A stretch of DNA of 64,000 nt from the human T2T-CHM13v2.0 reference genome, Homo sapiens (GCF_009914755.1 NC_060944.1); one strand, 5' to 3'. Counted from the stretch's first letter, positions 39,262-60,307 are shown. The notes: generated by a model from the sequence alone, not told the origin. Translations and numbers: made by a program.

Positions 39262-39550
39262 TTTTTCTTCTTTCTTTTTTTTTTTTTTTTTTTTTGAGAC
39301 AAGGTCTTGCTCTGTTGCCCAGACTGGAGTACAGTATAGTGGTGTGATCATGGGTCACTGCAGCCTCCATCTCCTGGGCTCAAGCCATCCTCCTACCTCA
39401 GCCTTCTTAGTAGTTGGAACTATAGGGGCAAGCAACCATGCCCAACTAAAAAAACAATTTTATTGTAGAAACAGGGTCTGACTATGTTGCCCAGGCTGGT
39501 CTCAAATTCCTGGGCTCAAGCGGTCCTCCTATCTCAGCCTCCTAAAATGC
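39262..39550 (-). mobile_element. AluJ within an old L1M 3' fragment
   Basis: Antisense AluJ diagnostics. Confidence 0.9.
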
Positions 39551-40520
39551 ACGCAGCCAAATATATCTATTTATTTCTAAAAATATGAGAGTAAGCTACC
39601 AACACAATGACCCAACACTCTTGGGGAGCTTAGTGTTTTTTATTTCCTTCAGAAAAAGACATTCTCCTATACAATCAAAATGCAGTCTGCAAAATCAGGA
39701 AATCAATACGAATACGTCACTACCAGTTAATCCTCAGGCCTCATTTAAGTTCTACCACTGTCCCAATAATATCCTTTATAGTAAAAGGGTCCAGTTCACA
39801 ATCATTCATTACATGTCTCTTCATTAGGGCTTAGACAACTTAAAGAATTTTGAAAGTTAGTCTTACACAGTAAAACAAAGCCATATAAACAGACATTCAG
39901 GGAAAAGTAAGTCTTCCCTCCCGTGTGACGCCCAGAGGCAATCTCTCTTACCAGTGTCTCATGCATGCTTCTAGACCATTGACCATCTACCATACACAAG
40001 CACAGTTGTGTACATTATTGAATAGGGATGTCCAAGCCTCTCTTAGTTCAGGGAAAAATAAAATCAGGTCTAGGAGTTCTTCCTTTAAGAATGTTGAATA
40101 TTTATTAAGAACTTTATTGTTCACCATTAAGACAAAGGTTAAAGAGTTTCCAAGTGAATATATTCACCAAAATTTGTAATACAAAAGTCACTATTCACTT
40201 GGAGAAGATAAAAATTCTTCTATTGTCATACATTTGCCATTTTACTTCTCTCTTTATAAACATTAAGAATCCTTTGTCATTTAGTCGTTTCAAATGCTTG
40301 GAACATCTTCCAGATTATTACCTAAGTTATAAAATAGTAGTGTGAAAGTTGTTTTTAAAATTGTGTTAGTTGATATATAATATTCACAAGTAAACTTACT
40401 AAGCAGTTGTTAATGTTGCATTATGTATAGTAATGTAAGTTTATTTATATAATAATATGTTTTTATCTTAATGACATCAATGTGAAAAATTCAAACTTTA
40501 TTCCTGAATCTTAAATATAA

Positions 40521-40862
<342 letters not shown>

Positions 40863-41240
40863 TAAAATGTGAAATTCTGATGTGGTCATCTTATTCCACT
40901 TGCCCAGTGGGCTAAGGAGAGAGACGCATTGGCAGCAATATTAGCAAATATGAATACGAATACAGGAAACAGAGATGAGGGGAGGTGCGTTTCTGAGGAC
41001 ATTCTAGTTTCAGCTCCCAGTCCCTTCCTGAGCACTGATTGCTTTCTTGCCTTTGGATTCTATGCTGCAAGACTCTACAGTATCCTTCTAATAAATACCC
41101 ATGCTCATGTCTTTTTAAATTTTGCTTAAGCTAGTTTGAGTTGGTTTCTGTTATGTGCAACATTCCTAAGAATATGATTAGGGAAGTGGAGGGTCACTTG
41201 AGCCCAAAGAAATCTGAAGAAACACAATTCCCATATGGTT

Positions 41241-41567
<327 letters not shown>

Positions 41568-43339
41568 TGAGCTCTCCAGAACTGAAAGATTATGACAGAC
41601 CTACAAGTCTAAATTATGGATCCAAATGGAGGAAAATATGTAAATCAAGTAATTGTTTTCCAAGTTTTTGTTTAGTTGAAAAATGAGCTGTTGTCAGAGT
41701 TAACCTGTTCCATCTTTTAGAGTTGTTCCACTTCTAATTAAAATGTCTTTCCTAACTCTTAGTTTAAGTTTAATAATTTTTCCAAAAAAATTAAAAAATT
41801 TAATCCATTTTAGTGACCATTTCCTGTCCTGCTCATCAGATGAACTTTTTGAAGTATGATTGAGTACACTATTTCTTACTAATTCAAGAGAAAAGACACT
41901 GCTAATTAATTTCAGATTTTAGTAAAAAGACATTTCAAAAACGTAACACTGCCACATTGGGGATAAAATTTCAACATGAGTTTTGGTGGGGACAAATCAA
42001 ACCATAGCACTGCTCAAGACAAAAAGCATGTGTAGTGATGAAGGATAATGACTCAATTTTAATTTTTTAAAATTCATGAAAACAGCTCATAACCCCAAGG
42101 CAGGAATTTCTCACAACTTGCCCCAACACAGTATAATTCGTTAGTTTATTTGCTTTGGCACTGTCAGATAGCATGGAGTTTTCATCTCCACATTTTGGCC
42201 AAATTTGGGTAATGTAGAACCCACACTTAAGGTTGGGCACAGACTCTCACTCACACATTTTCATTTTCCTGTGCCTGATTCTGGTTTGCTCTTGGCAACT
42301 ACTCCTTCATAAACTCTTAGAGGAAGGTGATCATGTGAACCCAGAGATGCTGAAAATAGTTTGTAACTCTTGTGCCAGTAGTGCTTATAGAACAAAGGGT
42401 CCCAATTGCCTTCTAAGGGGATTTGTCTCACTTCTCTTGACTCATGTCCACATCCAGAAAGCTGGGAACCTTACAGTATTGAGCATTCTATTCCAGGAAT
42501 GTCAAGTTGCAAGCACTCTGACTACAATGCAATATAAAGAGTTTCTTTAAGAATATGGAGAAATGATCTGCAATGGTCTCAAAATAAGGCAAGATAACCC
42601 ACAAAGACGATAGCCAAAGGCCACCATATTTGTCTTAGTATTAGGTAGGATATAGATAGAACGGCAAGTAACAGAGACCTGAGAAAACAAGGGCTTAAAC
42701 GAGATAGGATTTAATTTTTCTATCACATAGAACTTTTGGAAAAATCCATGGATGAAATGGTGGGCATGCTCTACAAAATCCTCTGTAATCTTGGCTTCTT
42801 CTAGCTTACCATCCATTGTTCCTAGTTAATAGAGTGTGGCTTTTGTCTTAAGGACCTAAGATGGCTGCTAAAACTCTAGCTTTTACATTTGCATTCCAGG
42901 CAGTAGAGTAAAATGATGGAAGAAGGAAGAGGCAAAATTAACTAGTCTGATGACTTCAAAGGAAGATCCCTAGAAGCTGTCATTTGCCTCTATACCAGGA
43001 TACAAAGAAGAATGAGTAAAATAATCTTTATTATGGAAAGCCCTAAACTCAACTAACAGGTTCTATTACTATGGAAGACAGAGAGAACAAATATTTGGGA
43101 ACAACCATTGTTGTCACTTACTATCACTTCAAGTTCCTTGGAGAGCATGCATAACCTTTCTGGTGGTCTGACCTGCTCAGTGATCCTATGTACTATGGCC
43201 CAACTGCTGGTAGAGAGCTTTCTCTGCTGATCCAGGGTGTTCTGTTTGCAAAGAATAAAGATTTACTCAGATAATCTCAAATAATAGGACATTTACTATA
43301 ATGTAATATACTTTATAAAGGTGGGGGGTAGATGTTCAT

Positions 43340-44095
43340 CAAATGGCCAATGAAGCAGATCTCATTTTTCCAATACGACTACAAAACATTTCCAGAAATC
43401 CATTTCAGAACTTTGCCACTCCCCCATTAAGGGGTGTATTTCCTCACCTGGGAAGATTTTTTTGATTGCTGTGACTGATGAAGTATGAATGGCAGAAGTG
43501 ATACTCTGTGTCTACTGAGGCAAGGTCATAAAATGTAATAGTTTCAGCCGGGTGCAATGGCTCACGCCTGTAACCCCAGCACTTTGGGAGGCCAAGGCAG
43601 GCAGATCACCTGAGGTCAGGAGTTCGAGACCAGCCTGGCCAACATGGTGAAACTCTGTATCTACTAAAAATACAAAAATTAGCCAGGCCATGGTGGTGGG
43701 TGCCTGTAATCCCAGCTACTTGGCAGGTTGAGGCATAAGAATTGCTTGAACTCGGGAGGCAGAAGTTGCAGTGAGCAGAGGTCATGCCATTCCACTCTAG
43801 CCTGGACAACAAGAGTGAAACTCCGTCTCAAAAAAAAAAAGTAATAGTTTTCATCACTTTGGAACTAAGCCACTATACTCCCAGCTGACAGCCAGCACTA
43901 ACTTGTAACACATGTGAAGGAGCCATCTTGGAAGCAAATCCTCCAGCCTTCAGGATAGCCACCTCAGCTGATGCAATGTGGGGAACAGGTGAGCCTTCCC
44001 CCATAGCCCTTTGCAAATCAAAGATTCTTGAGAAAATATATTATTGTGGTTGTTTTAAGCTGTGAAGTTTTGGGCTATAAAAATGAGTAACAAGA
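43340..44095 (+). mobile_element. MLT1-type LTR split by an Alu (+, 43547-43840)
   Basis: ggcagaagtgatactctgtg...gaggcaaggtcataaaa; Alu TSD gtaatagttt. Confidence 0.7.
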
Positions 44096-44827
44096 ACTGT
44101 CAGAACTCAAGGAAACATCCATGATCAGGAAGTACAATATAGCTGGGCCTTAATGTGTACTGGAATATACATTGAGGAACAGGAGGGTCTTTCAGGATCT
44201 AATATGGGTCAGGTGACCAGGTTATCTTTGCACACTTGGATATCAGTCAAGATCCAATTAGTAGACAGAAACAGTAACTTGAACAAGGTAAGTTTAAATA
44301 ATTATTCATTGTAACAGGATTAGAGTAACAGAGAATTGACAACAAAGGAATAACTGGGGTTTGGGAAGAGAACTCTAAAGAATATAGGAATCATGGATAT
44401 AGGGAACATCCACTATACCTAGTACTGAGATAGAGCATTCAAATGAGAGGCAAATCTGGAAAAGCCTCTTCATCCCTGTGGGCTGAGGTCCGAACTTCAT
44501 TGGTGAGGGAGCAGCTGTGGCACATACTGGACTGTGAGAAGTTACTGGGGTGCCACACTGGCAGGACTTGATGGGAATCTGGCTTCTGGAGAGCAGGAGA
44601 GAAACCTTCCACAGGAGTTGGACACAGAAAACCAATAGAGAAAAATGAATAAAACCAAAAGCTGGTTCTCTGAAAAGATCAAGAAAATTAATAAACCTCT
44701 ATTTAGAATGACAAAAAACAAATGGCAAAGACAAAAATTATCATATATTATAAATTAAAAAAGAGATATCACCAGACCCTTCAGACTTTAAAATGATAAT
44801 TAGGAAATACTACCAAAACACCCGTTA

Positions 44828-44999
44828 GGTCGAAGGGAGGAGTGCCTCTGCCAGGCCGCCCATCGTCTGGGAAGTGAGGAGCGCCTCTGCCTGGCCATTG
44901 TGCAACCCTCCAAGTGTGAAGTGACAGCCTTGTGTGTGACCTTTCTCCCTTCCCCAAGTTTGCATTTTCGACATTAAAGTTTACTTTTTAATAATTAAA
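44828..44999 (+). mobile_element. SVA2 element, 5'-truncated (VNTR units + SVA2 3' sequence + A tail)
   Basis: VNTR gaggagtgcctctgccaggccgccc..gtctgggaagtgaggagcgcctctgcc, then gtgcaaccctccaagtgtgaagtgacagcc...ATTAAA (44973-44978); TSD aaaacacc(c)gtta at 44815-44827 and 45000-45011. Confidence 0.85.
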
Positions 45000-45186
45000 A
45001 AAACACCGTTATGCCTATAAATTCAACGACTCGAATGACATGGACTAATTTCTTGGCATACACAAACTATCAAAATTCACTCAAGAAGAATAGATAACCT
45101 GAATAGTCCTATATAACTAAATAAATTGAATTTTTAGTTGAAAACTTTCCTATGAGAAAAACTGGTTTCATTTAAAGATGCTTTTA

Positions 45187-45490
<304 letters not shown>

Positions 45491-46038
45491 CTAGCTGGCT
45501 AGATAGTTTTATTGACAAATTCTACTAAACACTTAAGGAAAAAATAACACCAATTCAATACAGTGTTTTCCAGAAAATACAAGGGGAAAGACTACTGACT
45601 TCATTTTATGAATTAGATTTGCCCTGATATCAAAACCAGACAAAAACATTGCAAGAAACCTGTTGACCAGTTACCTTCATGAATACTGTTTCAAAAATCC
45701 ATAACATTATATTATCAAATTCAAATAATAATATATTAAAAAGACAATACATCACAACAAATGAAGTTTATCCCAGGAATACAAAGCTGACTAAAGATTT
45801 CAAAATCAATAAATATAATTCACCATATTAACAGGCTAAAGAAGAAAAACCACACATGAAAACGACAGATGCTGAAAAAGCATTTGAAAAAAATGCAGCA
45901 TTTTTTCATGATTAAAAATTTGCAGAAAACTAGGCAAAGGAAGAAACTTTCTTTACCTGATTAAGAGCATCTCCAGGTAATATTATACTTACTGGTGAAA
46001 AACTGAATGAATGCTTCCTTCCTAAAATGGGGAGCAAG

Positions 46039-46071
46039 ATCGCTTCTTGGCCTTTTGGCTAAGATCAGGTG
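46039..46071 (+). pseudogene. U2 snRNA 3'-truncated retropseudogene (first 33 nt)
   Basis: atcgcttcttggccttttggctaagatcaggtg vs U2 ATCGCTTCTCGGCCTTTTGGCTAAGATCAAGTG (31/33); 15-bp TSD aaaatggggagcaag/aagacggggagcaag. Confidence 0.9.
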
Positions 46072-46818
46072 AAGACGGGGAGCAAGATATTATCTGCTCT
46101 CACCACCTCTATTCAGCATTATACTGGAAGTTCTAGCAGTTGTACTAAGGCAGGAAAAATAAATAAAAGGTATGGAAATACAGAAGGATGAAATTAAAAT
46201 GTCTCTCTTCATAGATGACATGGTTATCTTTGGAGAAGAATCTTTAGAAATCTACAGTAATCTCCTAGAATTAATAAATGAGTTTAGCAAGCTTGTGGGA
46301 TACAAGGTCAATATACCAAAATTAATTGTTTTTCTATATTCTAATAATAAACAATTAGAAACTGAAATTTAAAAGTATCACTTACAATAGTACAGAAAAT
46401 ATTGCAACACTTAGGTACAAATTTTAAAAAATATCTGCAGTATACAAAAAACCAGAATACGCTGGTGAAAGAAACCAAAGACTATAGAAGATATATACCA
46501 TGTTCATGGTTTGGAAAGATTCAGTATTATTGAGATGTCAATTCTCCACAAGTTGATTTATAGATTCAATGCCCTTCTAAAATAAAATGTCAGCAGGCTT
46601 TTTTGTAGGAATGAAGAAGCTGATTTTTAAATGGCTTTATATGGAAAGGCAAACAAACTAGAACAGCCAACACAATTTTGAGAAAGAACAAAGTTAAAAG
46701 ACTTACTATAAAGCTATAGTAGTGAAGATAGTGTGGTGTTGGAAAGAGGATAGAAAAATAGATGAATAAAACAGACTGGAGAATCTGGAAATAGACCCAA
46801 ACAAAAAAAGGCCAATTT

Positions 46819-49312
<2,494 letters not shown>

Positions 49313-49319
49313 AGGATTT

Positions 49320-51684
<2,365 letters not shown>

Positions 51685-52550
51685 GACCAATTCATTTTTG
51701 ATAAAAGTACTCAGGCAATTCAGTGGAGGAAGAACAAACTTTTTAATAAGCAATGCTGAAATAAATGAACAGTTATATGCAAAAAAAGAGTATCAAGCAA
51801 ACCCTAACACCTTATACAGAAATTACTTTAAAATGTAAAATGGATCTAAATGTAAAACATAAAATTCTAGGATTTTTAGAAGAAAATACAGGAAAAGTCT
51901 TTGTAACCTTGGTTTTGTAAGAAAGTTCTTAGATAGGACACCAAGGCAGTCCCTAAAAGAAAAAATTGATAAATTGGACTTCATAAAAATAAAACATTTT
52001 TGCTCTGTGAATGACACTGTTAAAAGAATGAAAAGACACAGGCCATAGAAAAGGAGAAAATATTAGCTAATCACATATGTGACAAAGGACTTGTATATAA
52101 GATATATAAACAACTCTGAAAACAATAACAACTCAATTTTAAAATAAGAGAGCAGAAGACATGAACAGACACTTCACCAAAGAAGATATACGGTTGGTAA
52201 ATATGCACATGAAAAGATGCTCAACATCATTAGTCATTAGCAAAATGAAAATTAAAACTACAATGAGATACAGGTAAATGCTTATTAGAATGGCAAATAA
52301 AACAAAAACCCAGTAGCCCAAAATGAGCATCAACAAAAACTGACAATATCAAGTGCTGGTGAAGATGTGGAGCAACTGGAACTCATATATGGGAACGTAA
52401 AACAGTTCAACCACTTTGGTAAGTAAATTTGCAGTTTACTATAAAGCTAAATATAAACTTAGCAAATGACCTAGGCAGAAAACCTATGTTTCACACAACA
52501 ACCTATACATTAATTACAGCTTTGTAATTGCCAAAAACTGCAAACAACTT
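51685..52550 (+). mobile_element. L1M ORF2/3' remnant, part 2 (continuation of 44630-46815)
   Basis: Resumes at ccaattcatttttgataaa; gacatgaacagacacttcaccaaagaagata. Confidence 0.8.
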
Positions 52551-52624
52551 TGTGTTATTTAGGCCAATAGATGGTAAATCATTTTTCTACAGAAGAGGAA
52601 ACCTAAGTAAAGTGTTGATGGTTT

Positions 52625-53030
52625 TAATAATAACAAACAATTTGTTCATGCCTCCTGGTATGTATACCCCTCTGCATTGTGACTTTGCCACTTGTTGGTT
52701 TAGGGTTTGGCCATGTGATTTTCTTTGCCAATGGGACAATAGCAAATGTGACACTGTTGGAGGCTTGAAAATGTTTGTACATTGGGACTTACTCTCTCTT
52801 GCAACTGGGAACCCTCCGTCACATGTGAGGCCTGGACTAGCCTACTAGATGAGAGATCCTCTAGCCACCCTAGAACCATCTGAGTCCTCAGACATGCAGA
52901 GTCTCATCAATCCCCAGCTGAGCTGGATCTTAACTGCCCAGCCAAACTATAGATTCATAAGAAGGAATAAATGCCATTTTAAGCCACTAGATTTTGGGTG
53001 GTTTGTTAAGCAGTAAGAGCTAACAGATAA
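52625..53030 (+). mobile_element. MLT1-type LTR
   Basis: ttttaagccactagattttgggtggtttgtta...agctaacagata. Confidence 0.65.
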
Positions 53031-53120
53031 AGTTGATATTAAATTAACTTGTCTCCAATCTGGTGGACCCAAAAGCAAATTCTTTGGGCCTCCTTTCTTT
53101 GCCTCTAAGCAAAGTAAAAA

Positions 53121-53590
<470 letters not shown>

Positions 53591-54602
53591 AGATGTTACC
53601 TATCTAATATTGGCCTGCTCGGTAACGAACATGGAACAAATGCAGTCTCCACTCTCCTGCTCGTGTCTCTAGCATACCTCTCTCAGAGAATATGTAGTGA
53701 CGATATTGTGTATCAAGCTGATCTCCAACAATTGCTGCTGGTGAAGCAAATCAGAGCTTTACCAGTATTAAGTTACTTACGACTTTTTCTAGATGATGCT
53801 ACAGGATTGACCTACTCTCCACGGTCCCAACAGCAATAAAAACTCCAACTAAATGTGACCTTAAGACCCACCAAAACTCCCCTAATTTGTTTGCTGAATT
53901 ATGATAGTGGCCACTTTTTAATCCTAAATTTCACTACCTGCAATAATTTGAGAACCCTAAAGTTATTGGTGTAGAATATTTAACGCCTGATAATGCTGTT
54001 CTCATTTTTTTTCCTACCTAAAAAATATCAACTCTTTGAGAAAAAGAGCCAGGGCTCTGTATGACTTATGTACTCAATTTTTTTGTTATAATTATGTGCT
54101 TGACTAGTAAAATGAGATTTTACAATTAAATGCAGTGACTTAACGGGCTCAAAAACAGAAAAACCAAACCCAATGGCTCAGGTTCACAGAAACCTTAAAA
54201 TCAGACTCTGATTTTGAATTTTTGTGCAATTACTACATTATGATTAAACAGTTTAAAGAGAACAAAACTTTTCCCCTGCAGAGAATGAAATATGAAACAT
54301 AAATCTGTTTATAGACCATACTCATAAACATATTAAGATTCATGACCTTTCAGTGGTAATATGGGGAGTTCACAGATGTATCTAAAGAAATAATGTTTTA
54401 TTTGGCTGAATAATCCAACGATCAGTGCTTATGATAAAATCAATTCCCTGTTTGGATACTGTGCATTTTTCTGTTATAATAAGCAATTTAAATGTCCTTT
54501 TTTTCTTCCCTTTACAGAGACTATTTATACTCCCTTATTATTTTGATATCACTCTGAGTTTTCCATCATTTTAGTCTTTAAAATATATGCTACATTGGTG
54601 AC

Positions 54603-55220
<618 letters not shown>

Positions 55221-55724
55221 CAGTAGGTTTGATTTTTAATACCCCAAATGTCAAGTTTAACCACAAACCTGGTCAAATTCCTGTTGTCTTTCAGAAGTTA
55301 CCATATTTATAATTTGCTCCAAGTTACAAGTCTGGTTTTATTTACATTTACTTATACAGCATATCTAATTTGACTGTCAGTTGTCTATAATATTTAGACC
55401 AGATGAGATCCAAGAGTGTTAAGGCCTTAAAGATGTGTTTTAATTTTAAGAAGAATTAAGGTATCCTTAAACTCTACAGCAGCATATCCATCCTTCTAAA
55501 GTATTCCAAAAATGTGAAGGACAGACAGAAGACTTTTCTGTTGCTACCAAACAGAAAAACCACTGGAGAGCTCATGAATATTTCAAATGCAATTTACGAG
55601 CAATGCAACTCTAGAACTGCCTTTAAATGGAGTTGTCCTCTTAAAAAGTTAAAATCGGTTTTCAGATATTTTTCCAGAGAGTACTTTGAGATGCATAAAA
55701 TGGAATAAATCAGTGCTATACAAA

Positions 55725-56277
55725 ATAATGAAAATATTTTACACTTTTATTTACAAGTTAATTTCATAAACTATACTTAACATGACTAAACAACAAAAAG
55801 TTCTTGACTTCCATCCTTTATGGCTAGAAAAATAAATTATTTTAATAGTTATTTAAACATGCCTCCTGCTTCCAGAGAAATTAATGTATTAAATATATAT
55901 ATTTTTCAAATTATCCCTAACATTTACACAAACTTGAGTAGATACTGCTCTATTTTTACACAGAATTGTAAACAGCCTTTTAAAAAGCTAGAGTAACTTT
56001 CCACTAGTTAGAACTGAACATTGTAAAATATAAAAATTTTATAAACCCTATAATGCAGGTAATTTAATTATGACTGATCTGTAGGAATATACAATAAAAA
56101 TTTGTCAGTCATCCACAATTAAGTACAATTATTTATGGAGAAAAATTTTACTATGTCCAGAAAAAGATTTTATTCATGTTCTTGAAAGATAGCTTTGTTC
56201 CCAATAAATATTCCCTCCTACTATTTTTGTACATTTTAGGAAAAGATGTATTCAATTCAAAAATAAGTAACATCCAG
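55725..56277 (-). other. ESF1: ESF1 3' UTR (AU-rich; 3' end approximate)
   Basis: Follows the TAA stop; AT-rich, non-repetitive; ends about 20 nt past a minus-strand AATAAA. Confidence 0.65.
55746..55751 (-). terminator. Probable ESF1 polyadenylation signal AATAAA (alternatives at 56169-56174 and 55337-55342)
   Basis: tttatt on the + strand, followed on the minus strand by U/GU-rich sequence. Confidence 0.55.
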
Positions 56278-56571
56278 TTATTTGACTTTTTGCTTTTTTC
56301 TTGCTTGAAACTGCTCTGTTTTGGTTTTTATAGATTTAATCAACATTGACAAAGCAGGATCAAGGGACTTCCTTTGTGATTCCTTTTCAATCTCACTCTC
56401 TTTTTTCTTTATTGCCTGAGTAAGTTCTTGTTCTTTCCGTTCTCTTTGCCGGGCCTTCTCCTCAAGGATTTTTTCCATAGCTTTTGTTTTCTTGAAATTG
56501 GGATCTGAGGGGTCCAAATTGAACAAGTGGGAAGTGTACATTGCCTGAAACCGTGCATCGTTAACATTTAC
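56278..56571 (-). CDS. ESF1: ESF1 last coding exon (97 aa + TAA), NUC153 domain: VNVNDARFQAMYTSHLFNLDPSDPNFKKTKAM...QARKKQKVK
   Basis: ORF 56278..56583 matches the ESF1 C-terminus as I recall it. Acceptor is a poly-T tract + ggatttgcag|GTAAAT with AG at 56573-56572, phase 0; 294 nt. Confidence 0.96.
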   Translation of the reverse strand, partial: VNVNDARFQAMYTSHLFNLDPSDPNFKKTKAMEKILEEKARQRERKEQELTQAIKKKESEIEKESQRKSLDPALSMLIKSIKTKTEQFQARKKQKVK

Positions 56572-58035
56572 CTGCAAATCCAAAAAAAAAAAAAAATTAA
56601 TAAATTAATTAAACAAAATTACTAAAGCAAAAGGCCAGAAATGGGGCCAAATTTCGAAAGTTGGTGAGTTGATTATATAAAATACAAACCTGAGTGTTTG
56701 TACTGATTCATTAGGAAACTGTTTTTCCATAGCTCTTTATGGCCTACCTTTGGACCACAACTTGTGGGGCACCCTGTTCTTATCATGCAAGGACAATGTA
56801 TTTCAAAGGGAATTATAGTGGGCCATACATATACATATTATGGCCGGTAACTACAACGACCACTTAGACAAAATGACTGTAGCAGTGGTTTGTGAGGCAG
56901 GGCTTTCCCATGCTTACAGCACAAAATCAATTTCTTACCAGCATAAATAAGCCAATCAGAACATCTGCTGGAGGCCCTGAACTCTGAGTACATGTTAAGA
57001 AATTTTAATCTTGGTGCCAAAATAAGGAACTATTGAAGGTGATCCATGGATCAAAAGATTTAAAGACCACTATGGCAAATAATCCATCTGAGATCAAGGT
57101 CTGGTCAGACACAAGCCCCAGATTTATCTTCTTTCTATAAAAACTTGTGGTTCCATGTTTAAGAATATACCCTTAACTGCAGCCAGCCTTTGAGGGTTGC
57201 CAGGCAGATGGGTAACCAGCAGAAAGGGAAACACACGAAATACAAGTCCACCTGGAGATAGATTGTAGCTTTACTTAGTTATCACGAGGCCAAGGGATTT
57301 GATACCCAGAACAAGGAAAAAAATCCTGTAAAAAATACTTTTATGCATATATTAATATATGAAGGCAGAATGACTACAAATCATTCTTTGCTTTTCATAA
57401 GGAAAGTAACTCAATAAAAACCTAACTGGAATGGGAGCATATGTGAAACTGACTCAAACAACAGAAGCTACAGAGTAGCCCCCAAATCCTTCTATATGCT
57501 ACTTAGAAGCCATCTGTATGCTACCCTCCATTGTTTGAACAAATTTAAAATTTCCCAAATTTCCCCCATCTTACTCAGGGTCAGTTCTTCCACATTAATG
57601 GTTGGAAGTCATTAAGCAGTTTCTAACAGCTGTTTGTAGATTTTTGGTAGACGGCTCAAACTCATGCTTAGGGGACTCTGCAGCCATTAGAATATGTACT
57701 CAACAAAAAGAGGAAGGAGTAATGGAAACAAAAAACACAGCAACTGAAAAAACATGGCTTACTGCGCTGGCCACTGCACACAGTGAGTGTGACCCACTGT
57801 GACATGAACCTGCTATTCAAGCATACCTTTGCTGGTCTGAGGATCACTACATGTGATTCTAACATTAAAAACTACACATTTTTGGTACAATATGGCTACC
57901 AAAATACAAGTCAACTATTTCACCTGGTGCTCAACCAAAGAAACAATGATTTCATCCACCCTAGGATGAACTGGCTGTGCTGGATTAAAAGACAGTAGCC
58001 TTTGGCTCCACCATCAGTCTTTCTGAAGACATTTT

Positions 58036-58659
<624 letters not shown>

Positions 58660-58767
58660 CCTAAGACATTTTCAAGGGTAACTTTGACTATGCTCAATTT
58701 CTATCTGCAGAGCTGACTTTAGATTCAATTCCAGCTTTAAGAGGCTATGCCTGGTGTCCATGGTTAC

Positions 58768-58914
58768 CTCAAAGTCATCCTCTATTAATTCCTTCTTTTT
58801 CATGAGCTGCTTTTTCTTCTTTTTGCTCAGATTCTGGTGCTCCACAATCTTGTTGTAATTGAAGTGTTTCTTACTGTCCTCGTCCTCATCCATCATAAGC
58901 AAAGCCATTTCAGC
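58768..58914 (-). CDS. ESF1: ESF1 penultimate coding exon (147 nt; AEMALLMMDEDEDSKKHFNYNKIVEHQNLSKKKKKQLMKKKELIEDDFE)
   Basis: Acceptor ctctacag|GCT, donor GAG|gtaacc; 49 codons, joins in frame to the last exon. Confidence 0.95.
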
Positions 58915-60307
58915 CTGTAGAGAGCAAAAAAAAGTTCAAATGTACAACAGTGCTTTTTTTTCCACCCCCAAAAAGGAGTATAGGGCAGAAGATATCTCTT
59001 CTAGAAAGGAAGACTCAATCACTAGAACTCTGGGGTACCACCTGTTGTCTGTAAACTGACTGTGGATTACCAAAACAAAGAGATCTTTGTATAGCAATAA
59101 GGTAGAATCTCTGGAAGCAACATTACTGAGAGCAGGAGAGGTAAAACCTTGTAGTTAAAAACCAGGCCCCATTTCACTTAGTGTGACTCATTAGTAGGCT
59201 GCAGGAACAAGAGTCCCCAACTACCCTCAAATAAAAAGTTCTCATTTTCACTTTGTTCTTTTTGCGCAATGATGCTAAATCTAGCAAATGTTTATTTTGT
59301 GATGCAAATTATACTTTCTAAATGTGTAACTTTTAACAAGTAGGTTTTTTTTTTGCTTTTTTTTTTTTGGCCTTTACTGTTTCAATACTGATACATTTCT
59401 ATGAAGGTAGGACCTTAGGATCTGCTTCTGAAATCTAGTAAATGTCTTTTTACACTAAACGGGTATTTTCTACCAGCCATGGGATTAAACGAGAACCCTC
59501 AAGAATCAAGTAAATAACCATGTACACTAGTAAAAATACAGAGTATGCTCTCGACCTTTGTGGATCTTCCTATATTACCACTTTAGACTGCCTTAATTTC
59601 CTTTTGTCACTGGCACTTTTAGCTGGCTTTTCAGAGAAATTTTCCATAAAAATTGATTTTCTTTGTTGCTCTTTAGATAACTTTATGTGGCCAGTCAGGC
59701 ACACTTCTGGACAGTGACATGAACATCAGCCCTAGGGGCACTGCTGCCTTCAATTCCTGCCTCAGCAAAATCACATATGACTCTGTGCCAAAATTACGTG
59801 TGACTCTGGACATAGGGGGTCACTGAAGCATAAGGTTCACTGCATTTCCAAGAATGTAATTTTGTACGTTAAATATACATATTCACAATAAGAAAAACAG
59901 AAATTTGCATTTGACAAACCATAACCACAAACTGTATTCCAGGACAGATTCAGATTGAATTAAAACTTATGGCAATATTATTTTGAGGTTTTAAGGGTAT
60001 TTTCTGCCTCAGGTATAGTAAGTGTTTTTAAAAATGAGATAATTCCCTCTTAATTTATAAAAGAAAATAAATACCCTTGAATTTGAGGTTAATTTTAACT
60101 TTGTACAATTTGGAGAAATTATGTTTGGTAAAAAAAACACTGTATTTAGAAACTACACTGCTAAAATATTTAATTATGTCTCTTACAATTTAGTTATAAA
60201 TGCCACTGCTAAAATAAGTTGTTTTTTAAAATTAGTGACATGTACAACTTCATTTAAATTGTACCTATGAATTATCCACTAAGCATGTAACAATAATCGT
60301 ATTTTAC

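Noticed and set aside
58672-58767. In-frame read-through of the ESF1 exon into the intron (31 extra aa)
   Set aside because: A canonical GAG|gtaacc donor explains the boundary; there is no evidence in the sequence for an alternative terminal exon.
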